Below are positions 1 to 14,000 of a DNA stretch of 64,000 nucleotides, in pieces (positions within the stretch are counted from its first letter, which is position 1; each line of letters begins with the position of its first letter). The stretch lies in assembly GCF_009914755.1 (NCBI RefSeq), contig NC_060938.1. One strand, 5' to 3'. Both the position numbers and the translations under genes were made by a program. Under the pieces are notes generated by a model. It was given only the letters and a program-made list of their open reading frames with translations. It did not search any database and was not told the origin of the DNA. Origin of the DNA: the human T2T-CHM13v2.0 reference genome, Homo sapiens.

Positions 1-321
1 GAAAATAAAAGATGTGCCTACGTTAGCCATTTGAAATGAAATACTTTGGGCAAAGTGGAATTAAAATCTATATGGACACCTATCTCATGTGCTTTGTATT
101 ATGCAAGTTTAGAATATGTTCCTTCTATTTAGTTCTCTTGTTTTAAGCACACTCTGGCTCATTTTGAGGGAGAGATCAGTACAGAGTTCATGGTTAATAT
201 AAACCTACATCTCTCTACGTGGTCCTTACCTGGCTTCTTGGCTAATCACATGTGAACGCCAACTCACTTTTCTCTCCCTACGCCCACTGTCTTCTTTATC
301 TTGTTTTCGTATTTACTCTAG

Positions 322-413
322 GTTTAAGTCCACACAACAAAGCTTTTACTGTTGCCTTATTAGCTTGACATTAATCTGTATCTTTCTAGAAAAGTGTCTT
401 TCTGGTCCCACAG
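322..413 (+). other. Candidate spliced exon (92 nt), probably non-coding or UTR
   Basis: No AG dinucleotide from 187 to 319; long pyrimidine tract ending ttcgtatttactctAG (320-321); consensus donor CAG|GTGAGT at 411-419. No transcript evidence available. Confidence 0.4.
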
Positions 414-644
414 GTGAGTAGTAGTGCACCAGGAAAATCCATGAAGTTTTCCCTAGAATAACATACAAAGGGCAGGTGTACACAGAGATGAGAGAAGGAA
501 GTGTTGAACCTTCTCTCCTAGAGCTGGCAATCATGGGACTTCTGTGGCTCCATGGCTTCATGTTCTCCGTGGAAATCACGAGATAGAACTGTCCACAAGG
601 ACTTTATCAATTTTTATAGCAGCTCTGACAGATTGAAGCTTCTT

Positions 645-1466
645 TTGTGTGAGTGTGTGTGTGTGTTTATTATACTTTAAGTTTTAGGGTACATGTGCAC
701 AATGTGCAGGTTTGTTACATATGTATACATGTGCCATGCTGGTGTGCTGCACCCATTAACTCGTCATTTAGCATTAGGTATATCTCCTAATGCTATCCCT
801 CCCCCCTCCCCCCACCCCACAACAGTCCCCAGAGTGTGATGTTCCCCTTCCTGTGTCCATGTGTTCTCATTGTTCAATTCCCATCTATGAATGAGAACAT
901 GCGGTGTTTGGTTTTTTGTCCTTGCAATAGTTTACTGAGAATGATGATTTCCAATTTCATCCATGTCCCTACAAAGGACATGAACTCATCATTTTTTATG
1001 GCTGCATAGTATTCCATGATGTATATGTGCCACATTTTCTTAATGCAGTCTATCATTGTTGGACATTTGGGTTGGTTCCAAGTCTTTGCTATTGTGAATA
1101 GTGCCGCAATAAACATACGTGTGCATGTGTCTTTATAGCAGCATGATTTATAGTCCTTTGGGTATATACCCAGTAATGGGATGGCTGGGTCAAATGGTAT
1201 TTCTAGTTCTGGATCCCTGAGAAATGGCCACACTGACTTCCACAATGTTTGAACTAGTTTACAGTCCCACCAACAGTGTAAAAGTTTTCCTATTTCTCCA
1301 CATCCTCTCCAGCACCTGTTGTTTCCTGACTTCTTAGTGATTGCCGTTCTAACTGGTGTGAGATGGTATCTCATTGTGGTTTTGATTTGCATTTCTCTGA
1401 TGGCCAGTGATGATGAGCATTTTTTCATGTGTCTTTTGGCTGCATAAATGTCTTCTTTTGAGAAGT
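645..1466 (-). mobile_element. 5'-truncated L1PA (L1PA2-4-like) 3' end
   Basis: ORF 874-1428 encodes the L1 ORF2p C-terminal Cys-rich domain (RYHLTPVR...CWRGCGE...HCWWDC); typical L1PA 3'UTR; 16-bp TSD cagattgaagcttctt (629-644) / cagactgaagcttctt (1467-1482); tail position occupied by (TG)n. Confidence 0.95.
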
Positions 1467-1737
1467 CAGACTGAAGCTTCTTAAGTGCCTTTGCTTCGAA
1501 TACTGAAACAAAGCATTATCTGTTACTTTGACTTTAAACTGTACCCCCTTTTAAAGCAGTCTACCTCTCCAAAAAGTTAGAAAAGAAAAGCTTGTATTGA
1601 TAATGTAAAAGCATGAGTTTACGTAATAATCTTTGCTTAAATTTCTTACATTTAAAATGCTCAAAATCCATATGATTTTGTTTTTCACCTTGGCTATTGG
1701 TGATAAGCAAATAAGAGGCCATTAAGAATCTCATAGC

Positions 1738-2513
1738 AGAATGAGATACCATCTTACCCCAGTCAGAATGGCTACTACTAAAAACACACACACACACACA
1801 CAAAACAGATTTTGGTGAGAGTGTGGAGAAAAGGGAACTCATATACTGTCAGTAGGAATGTGAACTAGTACAGCCACTATAGAAAACAGCATGGAGATTT
1901 CCAGAAAACCTAAAAATAGTATTACTACTTGATCCAGTAATGTCACTTTTCTTATCTATCCAAAAGAAAATAAATCAATATATCAAAGGGATACCTGCCC
2001 TTGCATGGTTATTGCCACACAATTCACAATAGCAATGATAAGAAATCAACCTAAGTGGCCATAAATGGAGGATAAAGAAAATGTGGTATATATACACTAT
2101 GGCATACTATTCAACCATAAAAAAAAAGAAGTCATGTTATTTGCAGCAACGTGGATGGAGCTAGAGGTCACTAAGTGAAATAAGTCAGACACAAAAAGAA
2201 TAATATTGTAGGTTCTCGCTCATATGTAGGAGGTAAAACAATTTATTACATGGAGACAGTGGAAAAATAGATAACAGACTGAGCAGGGTGAGTGGTAGGT
2301 GAGAGAATGGAGGCAACTGCAATAAATGGTACAAACATACAGTAAGACAGAAGAAATACATTGTGTTTGATAGCAGAGTAGAGTGACTATAGTTAATAAA
2401 AATGTATTATGTTTGGGCAATAAACACCTAAATACCCTGACTTGATCACTACACATCATATACATGTAACAGAATGTCACATGTACCTCATAAATTGTTA
2501 AACATTTAAAAAA
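1738..2513 (+). mobile_element. Older L1 (L1MA-like) ORF2 end plus 3'UTR
   Basis: atgagataccatcttaccccagtcagaatggct start; L1MA-type 3' end cctgacttgatcactacacat...cacatgtacctcataaa; internal (CA)n at ~1785-1802. Confidence 0.85.
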
Positions 2514-4504
2514 GTTTCATGGCAAGTGGTAAAGATTAAGAATATTTAGGAATACCAAGTTTTGGCCACAGAACTGGGATTTAGATGCAAGACTCCGATA
2601 CTTGAATGACCTTGTTCAAAGGACAAACACTCAGTTCCAAAAGGAATTGGTATAGTATTTGGTAGGTTAAGTCAGGTATTCAGGAACAAGATCCTGAGAT
2701 GCCAGAAGGACATTTTTTCAGTTACTGTGTTCCCAGAGCATAAATTCAGGGCCAGATTATGAGCAAGGAGACTTCAGTTTTGAAATAGAGCTAAAATTCC
2801 CTCCGTATATAAACGTGACTACTTTGTGGGTATATATTAGGGATCAAGATGATGAGAGATTCAGTGGCTAAAACTAGGTGTGTATGTATGTGTGTGTTTA
2901 TGTCCATATATGGACATATTACACATGCTTTGGCTTTTGAGTGCTTACATTCCCCACCAAATAAGCAACTAGGATAATTAAAGTATTATACTAATAAATA
3001 TACATTTTTTCATAATCTTTACAAGATAACATATTTTAAAACAACCTTAATTTTCTGAAAATACAAACTATTTGTGTGAAACTCATAAGTTTTTTCTGAT
3101 TTTTAATTACATATAAATAAATCATTTTTATTATCTCTAAAAGGTGAAGATTCTTAAGGTCAAGTTCTGCCAGCAGAACGGCAACAGAGATAGAGTGCAT
3201 GGTTAGTATGGTTGCAATCCTAAAGCTGCACATATCTTTAATGCTTTTCTTTTGCACTCTTTGTTGGAGACTAATATTAGGGAAAAGTGATTGTTTTCTT
3301 TCTTTTATCAGTTTCTATTTGTGTGGTAAACTTTGCTTTCTTATCTTTCCTAATTTACTAACCACAATGAGTTTAGCTTACTTGCTGATGATTGCACAAT
3401 TTTCTTATTTTTAATAATGCCATCTATGATAACAGGAATAATCCTGAAGATCTTAAAGTGCTTTCTGTAATTTGAAAACAAAAACAAATCCTTAGTTTCC
3501 CTGTTAATTTAGGGCTTTGCCACTCATCAAACTTTCTCCTAATTTACTTCTTCCATATCTACATACTCTATTCAATGTCATCCAGAGTGGTTTAAATTTT
3601 TTTAAGTTTATGTTTTACACATGAGGCTTACTTTCTTCATTAAATTGTAAACATCTCAAGGGTAAATAACGATATTTATGGTATGGGAGGTGTAGGAAAG
3701 ATCGAAATCTACATACATTGGTGTTTTAAGATCTAGATCTACCACTCTTAAAGAGTAGTAAATGGGAAAGATCCTAAGAATTCCTGCAATAGAAAAGGCC
3801 AGATGAACTGTTGTTTTTGTTTTTCACCAGTTTTGTAATCACACCACCTTTTGTTGAAATGTCAGTCAAAAATCCTATCCTCAGGACAAATCCCATTGTC
3901 TTCTTTTCTGTATTTATACATAGAACCTGTACCTATAAATTGAGATTCACATATCACCTGTTGAGAATACATAATATTAATGATTTCTCTGAAATCTAAA
4001 TAAAAGCAATGATTAGTTGTCACTTTTGTTTGTCTAACAAATAGACAAAAATAAAAGTTTATTAATAAAAATGTTCATTAAAGAAAAACTTAATGGTGTT
4101 TATTTGTAAAGGTGTAGAAAGAAAAAGCTATTCCAATATTGATTTGGTAAGAATATATAGAGAGACAATATTTTAAAAGGCAATTTTTAATCTATAAAAA
4201 TGTTCAAACTTTATGACTAACAATACTAACAAACTGTCTTATAAAATTGATAGTACAAAAATAAAATATAGAAATATATATTTTACAACATCATTGCAGT
4301 ATTGCTTTAAATACAAATCAGAACTTGCTTAAATTATGGTTGAACAAAACATGGTGCACCCATGCAATGTACTATTCTCATTAAAAGGAATGAATCTACA
4401 TGTACATACTAATTTAGAAGACGTGCAAAAAAGTTTTTATTTTTAAAAAACACTAAGGAGTATATATGGTTTGAGTCTATTATATTAAAAAACATTGAGG
4501 GAGA

Positions 4505-4600
4505 GTATGTTCAGGGCAACTTAAACCTATGCTCCCGGCTTGCAATCCTCAAATGTGGCCCAAATAAACACTCTATTTATAAAAATAAATAAATAAAAAC
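4505..4600 (+). mobile_element. Short ERV1-type LTR 3' fragment (MER34/MER39-like) with A-rich tail, inside degraded L1ME-like sequence
   Basis: gttcagggcaactt...ctcccggcttgcaatcctcaaatgtggcccaAATAAAcactct resembles the MER34-group R region; followed by aaaaataaataaataaaaa. Confidence 0.45.
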
Positions 4601-6074
4601 TCTATTTTAAAAATACTTTGAAAAAGCATATGTGTATATTTGCAAATATATACCTATGCACATTTATTTACAAATACACAAGAATTATAAATTCTGCAAA
4701 CCTAGAGAGAGAAATGTGGAGTAAGATATATCAAAAACTCAGAAATATTTTTTTTGATGAAGAAATGCAAAGCAAATTTTATTTACTTCTTCTATTTACA
4801 GTGGGTAGTGTTTACTCTTGGAAGCATTTGAGTGTGTGAGGGCTGACTTTTCAAGTAATAATAATAATAAATGCTATCAGCTTTGTTCCCTATAAAAATG
4901 GTGTTTGAGTAAAAGAAGTTATGTATGTAAAATGCATGGTATATATTTGACTTTCTAATCGACAAACTGCATTATTCTTGGGCTGTTTTCAATTATTATT
5001 CGTATGAGAACTATCGTATAATCAGTTTTCTGTTCAAACAATTCACAGTCATTCTCAAGTACCCACAGTAGAAAATTATTTTGCAATTCTTAAGATGATT
5101 ATTAGAATGCTTCCTCATTTTTTCTCAGAATTTTAGGAACTTTTAAAATCTATGGTTCTTGAGAGTGTGTGTTGAGCACATACAGAAGCATAATCATGTA
5201 TCTTTTCTGTTCCTTTGACCTTCTAGTTTCCACTAGCAACCTTAATATATGATTCCAAGACTGTCTATTAACTATCACAAGTTAAATTGACTTTAGCAAT
5301 ATCCAGTTTGCAAGAATTGCTTAGTGAAATTCCAACTCTGTTTGTCTTGAACTTCATGTCTCAAAGAACTCGTGTGATCACCAAATGCTCATTTTGTTCA
5401 TTCAGTTGTACATAGAATCATTCATGTTTTTCGTATCTTTATTCCTTCGCTGATGAAAGATAAGGTATAAGTGCAAATGTAAACTAAGTAGAGGATGACA
5501 ATAGAAAAAAACCATAATTCAAAGAAGAGGAATCAAGGTAAAGAAAAACTGAAACAGTAAACTCAACATACATAACCTATTTCTATATAAAAGTCACATT
5601 TTCTTAGTGTTAATTTTTTTGGAGATCTAGTATTTCATCTTAGATAGAAATAGTTCAGTAACATTAAAAAAATTGTTTTAACTGCTCTGTCAAACCCGTA
5701 AACAGACTTAGTCACCCTGATCAAATAGTCAATGTAAGTAGTTTTTGATAGAGATGATTGAGAGAAGTTTCTTTGTTTATTCTGATTTTCTTTCCTAATG
5801 TATTCTATACCTGTAGATCCAAAATAGCACTTGTCTGCCAAAATTATTAATAAAATATTATACAATACTTAGTTTCACCATATGTACATGAAATTTTTAA
5901 GTTCTTTAAACAATTGTTGATGGATGAAGTTTAACATACTAGCGGCCTTAAGGATCAGTGTCAACTGAATGAGATTCCTCTTCCTGAGTGAGCTCCAAGT
6001 CACCATCCAGCTACAGGTTTGGAATATTGTGGAACTCGGCTATCTTCTGAGGTAGCCCCTCTCATCCTTGGAAT

Positions 6075-6680
6075 GAACATACTGTGCTCATTTCTTGGTA
6101 CCACACTTTAAACTGCATGCTGATAAGCTGAAATATGTGTAGGGAAACTTAACCAAGATGGTGAAGAGTAAGAGCAAGAGCTGAAGATTTTATATATATT
6201 TATATATATAATATATATGTAAAATCTATATATAATATACATAAAATCTATACATTATCTATAAAATCTATATATTATCTATAAAATCTATATTATATAA
6301 AATCTAGATATATAACATATATATATAAAATCTATATAGAGATGTATCTTATATGTACTTATGTGTATATTGCACATATATACCCTTTGCATAGTCACAC
6401 ACAGATGTATGAAGATATATATCTTCATATATACACAATATATGCATATGCACACTTCATATATATACACACACGTGTGTGTGTGCATAATACATCAGAA
6501 GAGAGTGAATATGAATATAACTCTCTTCAAATGTTTGAAGGGATGTAACATAAAAGAAATGTTGAAAGTATTCTTTATAGCTTCAAAGGATCCAAAGTGG
6601 ACCAAATATAAAAGTTATACAAAAGTAGATAATAGGTTAGTATCTTGATTTAAAAAAAAATTCTTTCTTTCTAATAATGC
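6075..6680 (+). mobile_element. L3/CR1 LINE fragment interrupted by AT-rich repeat
   Basis: actgtgctcatttcttggtaccacactttaa...aaccaagatggtgaag and ctcttcaaatgtttgaagggatgtaac...ctttctaataa resemble the CR1/L3 3' RT region. Confidence 0.6.
6189..6486. repeat. (TA)-rich low-complexity / minisatellite
   Basis: Repeated tattatctataaaatctata units and TA/CA/TG runs. Confidence 0.9.
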
Positions 6681-7267
6681 TCTATTTTCCTTCCAGATAT
6701 CATAGATGCTCTACCAATTATGTCTATATCATCATCTATGTTTCTTTCTTAATCCTGTAGACAGGGGCACAGAGTTTTATAGCACATTGCTGGAGATAAC
6801 CTCTTGATATTATTACTAATTGACAATTATATATCTATATATCCTTACTGTTCCCTAACACCATAGTTCCCCCAGGTATGCACAAGGATGCCATCGCAGG
6901 AGTTTGAATGTGGAAATATTTGGAAATTGTCCTTAGCAATTTTACAACATCATCAAGATAGGAAAATAGTTAAATCTGGCAACACTTATTATATGAACAT
7001 ATGCTACTTACCAGTGATTAGTTTTTCTTGTACATAAAATATATTCAGAAATGAATTCCATAATGTTTGCTGGGATCCATGTTCCATGTATTCATTTTTA
7101 CTTTTCACAGTTGAATATATTTTTATTTGTCAATACGGTTTTTTTTTAACCTTTCATTTTCTGACTGCTTACCAGTTTTCAGCCTTATGATCATTGCACA
7201 AAAAGATTGCTAGGACAGAATAATTCTAGGGAAACAATATTTCAGGCTTAGCAAGTATTTCTGATGT

Positions 7268-7425
7268 CTTTTTTCTCTTTTTCCCTTTTCTCCCTTTCTC
7301 CTTCCTCACTCCCTTCTTTCCTTTCTTTCTCTCTCCATCCCACACTCATTCTTTCCTTCCTCCCTCCCTTCCTTCTTTCCTTTCCTTCATTTTGTTCTTT
7401 TCTTCTTTCTTTTACTTTTCTTCCT
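7268..7425. repeat. CT-rich polypyrimidine low-complexity tract
   Basis: Mixed TTCC/TCCC/TTTC runs over ~150 bp. Confidence 0.9.
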
Positions 7426-7459
7426 GTCAGCTCATAATATGGCTGGGTCCATCTTGAGC

Positions 7460-8080
<621 letters not shown>

Positions 8081-11000
8081 TTTAAAAATTAATTAGCCTT
8101 TTTATTTATTCATTAAACTTATGTTTATTGAGAAGCTTTTTCACCTGTCCTCGTTTTTGGTGCTGAAGATTCGAAATCTGTACTAGATCCAACTAAATTG
8201 GCCAGCTAAATGTGGGTGAAAATTTGAGTTTTTGATAGGTTATACCAAAGTTTAAACCAAATATTTTGCTAACTGATCCAACCCATTAATTCCCCCCAAA
8301 TATTTGAGGTATCTATTTTTAATTTTCAGCCTGATATTTAGTCTAGAAATATCTAAAACCTAAGTTGTAATTTTCTTTCATTTTTTGTTTTATTGCTCAT
8401 GTATATTATTTAGAAAATAGTGATACACTGTTAAATGCTCTGCTTAAAGGAAAGAGAAACATGTTTGAAATAATTTTAAGTAATACATATCCCTTTTTTA
8501 AACCAAGAAATTTTTATATAATCCTCAAATCAGTTAATTACCTGTCTCAAACGCTTGTTTTAATTGAAAGCTTCAAAATATGAAAGAAAATATCTATTAG
8601 AAGGTAACTGACGTACTGACAACTTTTCTTGTTTCCAAGATTTTTTTTTTCTTTTTAAATAACAGGTGTGGGGGACTGTCTTTTGCTATAATTAGAAAAA
8701 AACTGACTCCTGTCTCTATTAGAGTAAATTAAGTAGATTAAAAAGAAACCCACCCAATCTCACAGATATTCTGGGCACATATCTTACATGGCCTGAAATT
8801 TTCTTTTCTTCCAAAAGATCCTGAATTGAAAGAGAAATAGATGCCTACTGACTAATGCAGGAAGAGAACCTTAGGCGTACATTTCATGTGATAATTGCTT
8901 TTCTTTTACATTTAGGAACTACAGGCAAAATGAGAGAAATAGAGCTGGTTTTATTACCCAGAGGAAAAGCAATCACTATGCTTGTCAGGTCTATGAGCAT
9001 TTCTCCCATCCTGGGAAATATTTGAAAAATAAAATTATGTTGGTGGCTATCTTGCAGTGCACTCAATTAAAGTTAAGTTGTTAGATTTTTCCCTGAGAAA
9101 TGTCAGCTACTGCCATTACCAAGTATCTGACCAGGTCACGTGGAAAATAAACGTGTTCACACTATACTATCTGCGTTTGTCAGAGGCAGAGCTAAAAAGA
9201 AAGACTGAGGAGCATCTCATGGATATTCATTCTAGTTTCACTTGGGGCAAATTATATTCACCCTGCAAACTCTTTGACCACAAACTATTCTCTTTTGCTG
9301 CTTCATTTCCCTCCGAAATTTAGCACAGTAGAGAATTTTATAATTTAAAAGTGTAGATCAAATGCAACTGGTTTGTACATAGGCTAGATGGAAATTTGAA
9401 GAAATCTGCCTTATAAAACATGAATAGAGAATGGATACAATTAGTAACTGGCTGGTCTGTTGAGACTATAACAAAACCTCTGATTTTAGTGACTATAAAG
9501 AAGAGAGTGGTAAAAAGAGTGAAAGAGTGAATGAATAAGTTGGTAATTGGGTTTCTCATATTCTCCTATTTGGAAAATGTCACATTTCAGAGATTTTGTT
9601 GCCTTTCTTTTCAGGACAGAAGGTTAGATTCAAGAAGGCTTTTGTGGATATAGAAAGGGCAAATTGCCTCATCAGTCATACACACCATCTTCAACTCCTC
9701 TAATAACTCATTCCAACACTCAGCTGAGGCCCAGACCAAAGGCCAAAGTCTACTACTGAGATATATGAAGAGGAACATATGTATTTTAGACTCAAGAACT
9801 CAAAAAAAAAAAACTAAACAGAAACAGCTTTTCTAGCACAGTCTATGATTTCAGAATGAGATTATCATGATGCATTCTTAATCCTAATCTGTTCACTGAT
9901 GTTTGTCCTTTGTGACTACGTTATCTCCCATTTCAGCTATTGTATATTACATTACTTCTAGTTATTTCAAATAACTATGAGCATTGTTCACAGTCATCTG
10001 TCTCATTAACTATGTAACTTTGTCTGCCCTGCCTCTAATTTTTAATTTAAGGGTGGTGACACCACCTGAAAATGGCTTCAATTCCAGTACTTTTAAATTT
10101 AGATTTTTACTAAAGATGCCTCCTTAATTCCTAGAGAGGTGCAACTATGATTAGTTTTGTAAATGCTTAGCAAAGATTTGTTATTATATTTGTACATTCC
10201 TAAGAATTTATCTCCTAAGGAGTAACAATTCTATTACTATTTTGTCCATTCATGTATTCATAGGACTCCCAGCTCAAGGAATATCCAGCATAATTAGTTT
10301 TATAGTTATTCTGGCTCTATTTGATTTTTATACTATTTTAAGTTATTCTGACTATATTTTCTGGTTTTACAATATTTTGCTTATCATAGGTTTTTATTGA
10401 TATGAAAGACACAAAGTAGTCTGCACAAATTGACATCCTTTACAAATCTGATTATGTTAAATTCACTTAACAGAGGAAGCAGTAGTGACCAACACAACGC
10501 AGGATGAAAAAAAGAATTCATTATTTTCTTATTTTCTCTTAGATGAGTAAGCTTATTTGTATTAATTTGATTTATCACTTGAGATTTTTAGAGCACCATC
10601 TATGAATTCATTTTATATGGAGCCACTTATCTCAGTGTGATTGAAAAACATAACAAGGCAACATCGTATTGATGCCAAGACAATATGAAAACATAAACTA
10701 TTCAGGAAGGAACTAGCTTGGCAAAGGAGTCTTATAATAATAAAGGCATGTATATGAATTATTTAGCCAAACATAGAACTCGTTTAGCTCAGAATGTTCT
10801 CTATTGGAAAGCTTGAATATAAATCAATACAAGTATTTGTGAGAAGAAAGTGAGGCTCTGGACTACAAATAATTAGTGGAATCATTGCTTAGTAAAGTCC
10901 AATTTCTTAACAATAATGGTTGAAATTAATAATATGGAGTAAGCAATTAAAATGTCCAATTATGAACTACATCTGAAACTTTACTTGCAAAAGATTAACA

Positions 11001-14000
11001 ACAAATGAAATTGTGATTCTAGGTTTTTATTATTACTCTTTGCTTATCATTTTTTTCTTTTTAAAAAATACACAATCAAAGAATTATGGAAAGTTAAAGC
11101 TGAAATTGTACTAAGATATCAAATCCAATGTGTTCATTCTAGAGGCAAACACACTGAAACTTCACCTATGTTTACTTTAGTTCTGCAAATGTCAAATCTG
11201 ATTTCAGACACTCTTCAAATATATGTTTATTTGCTCTTTGAATATGCATAATTCTGTTTCAAACTTACATTGCACATATCTTTGATCAATGTACAGTGTT
11301 TAGTAATTTGTTTAATCCTAAAGGTGATCTTCAAATATTTCCATTTCCCTTGTTAAATAAGGGCATGAATTACATACGGGGAAATAGAGGGACAGAATGA
11401 GTAAGTGACTGTCCTTGAAGATAGGTAAATGCTAACTAACTTCCATATCTTACACTGAGCCTATATTCCTCTTCAGTTAATAAATAGTAGTATTCATTAG
11501 TATTGGTATATTATATGTAACTATGGTATCATATATAATATTAGTATTGGTATATCAAACAATTTGTCTTACAGTGTAACCACAGAAGCTAAGATGGAAA
11601 CCTGTTTAGATAATTGTCTGTGTAAGCTGCTAGCTTGACGTAAGGCCATTGTGGTAACTGACTATAGGGAAGCAGTAAGAGCTGGGGATAAAACTTTATA
11701 TTCTCACACAGGATTTAATTGTGGGTGGAGTTTTGCAAAGGGCAAAGCAAAAGAAGTTGGTGAACAAAAGCATAAAAAATGCTTCAGATTGGAATAAGTT
11801 TTGTAACTTTTCCAAGTCTTTTTTTATTTCGGGCTACATCATAAAAAGATTGATCTGTATTTCATACCTGTATTGCATATACTAGGTAAAAAGTCTCTGC
11901 TGTATAATACGATGTGCCTATAGTTGAAAAATTATATGGTTGAGAAGTCCCCCTTTTACTCGAATACCTTATCATGGAGTTTCCCCTGAAGGTTGATATC
12001 TACAGTGAATGAGGTTTCTCCTAGTGAAAGGCCATGAAAAACAGATTTTAATTCTATAAATATATACCTACACCCAAACCCCTCCCCAGACACCTTTAAA
12101 GGTGTTGGCAATCAGCACAGGTTTCTGCCATCTGGATTGTAAGAATCTCTTTCTTCAACCAGATTGCTGCTTCTTTCCAACTACACACTTTCCAGTACTA
12201 TCAAATATTTCACTGACCTGTTCTATCTTTTCATATCCTAGTCTACAGAAATTTCTAGTTTCTTCCCTCTGAAAATTATATTGGTACACAAATATTCAAT
12301 GGCATGAATTAAGATAGAAGGGCTTACCCTTCTATCTTACCTTATCCTGGTATTTTTTTCCCTTAGTACATGGCTTCTGTCCCTGAGAACAAGTGGTTAG
12401 GCAGATTTATTTTGAATAATATTGCATAGCCCTAGAATTCAATATTAAAAAAAAAAGTGAGTCACCACTGGTGATTTGGAATGTTAGGTAGGAATTGAGC
12501 AAGTTTATAATCATTGAGGAAGCTGAATGCCAATTTAAATACCTTTTATTCCAGTGGGTCTGGAAACATACTCTTTAATTAGAAGAATATGAATTCACCT
12601 ATCCCCAGAATATTGTTTTTAAATGAAAGCAAGTTTATTAAAAACCTTGTTACATTCCTGTTTTTGTATGTTTCTGTGTATGCAGGGAACAAATAACAAA
12701 GAACTACCAGCACAAACACCAGTTTTTAGGGATTCTGAAATGCCAGAATGTTTTTGTCTCTAATCTCTACTACTGTGGAGGATAACTGCCTCTATGTTTT
12801 TTAAAAAATAAAGTAACGTGGTAACTTAGTATAAAGAAATGCATAATAAAAGACTTAAGCCAACCTCATACATCTAAGTCTTTTTTAATCCATGTAAAGA
12901 CCGACATTTCCTCCTTTACTTTTAAGAAGGTTAATTTATGGAAATCTGTATAGGATACTTTCAAACCTGCAGTTCTTGGAAAAGAATGACTTGTAGTCCT
13001 TTAAATACTAGAGCTGTGCAAGAATGTCCATAAATAATTCTTATTCTCCTACAAGAAAGAGTGCTAGGAAATGTGCAGACATTGCAGATTTTTAATGTTT
13101 TCTCTGCTTGCATTTGTATAACAATAAATGAGAATAGATTTCTAATATCCATTTCTATTACATGCATTAGCTGAAGCTGTGGGGGTAAAATGAAATATTT
13201 CCTATGCTTTGAGACAGTGGGGAAACTCATATGCCTACATGTGGGCAGAACATTGAGTATTTCTGTTTTGTTTTGTTTTGTTTTTTTCCAGAGTAGCTTA
13301 AAATGTTCTAGGGATTGCTAAATGTTACAGAGCATTTAAGCACCATTTCCACTAATATTTTTGAAAGGATAAATCAGTTTCATTAAAAAAAGCCTTATTG
13401 AGGGAAAAGTTACATCAAACTAACATGGACATGAACAGGGTGAGAGTGTACACTTCTTGTCACTCTTTTCTTACCCATGTATAATTAACGTGTAAACAGC
13501 ACTATAAAACTGAATTGTAACAAAGGTGTTATTTCCTCAGCCACTAGATATTAAAATTAAGCTGATATTTAGAACAATATAGTCTGTTTTCTAAATGTTG
13601 ATTTGCCTGTCTCTGAGTTGATTTCTTTACTTTGGGGCTTAAGATGTAATTTCCCATAACATATTCTTTTTTAATACAGTGCACACCTGTATACCCAGTC
13701 TTTGGCAATACACATTACAGATACTGGCCAAAAAAGAATTAGAAAATCAGTGTCAAAGTTGGATTGTGGTCCCTGAAGACTTAGATTAATGGAATTCTGC
13801 TGGAAACATAAAGGTTGTTTCCCTGCTGTTCACATCTGTTGCATCCTGGGAAAAAAACAAAAAGGAAGATGTTATGTGAAGAGCTGATGTTTGCATCGCC
13901 GACTCTCCCTGATTTGTGCTGATGATAGCTGAAGCTGCAGTCTTGGCATCTTCTACTGCACATTGTCATCAGCAAGGTAGGAACACATCCGTGAATTAAA

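Noticed and set aside
8600-8670. Branch point, pyrimidine tract and CAG acceptor
   Set aside because: Competing upstream AG at ~8638 and no convincing downstream donor.
12848-12884. 10-bp inverted repeat aaaagactta / taagtctttt
   Set aside because: AT-rich with 17-nt spacer; expected by chance.
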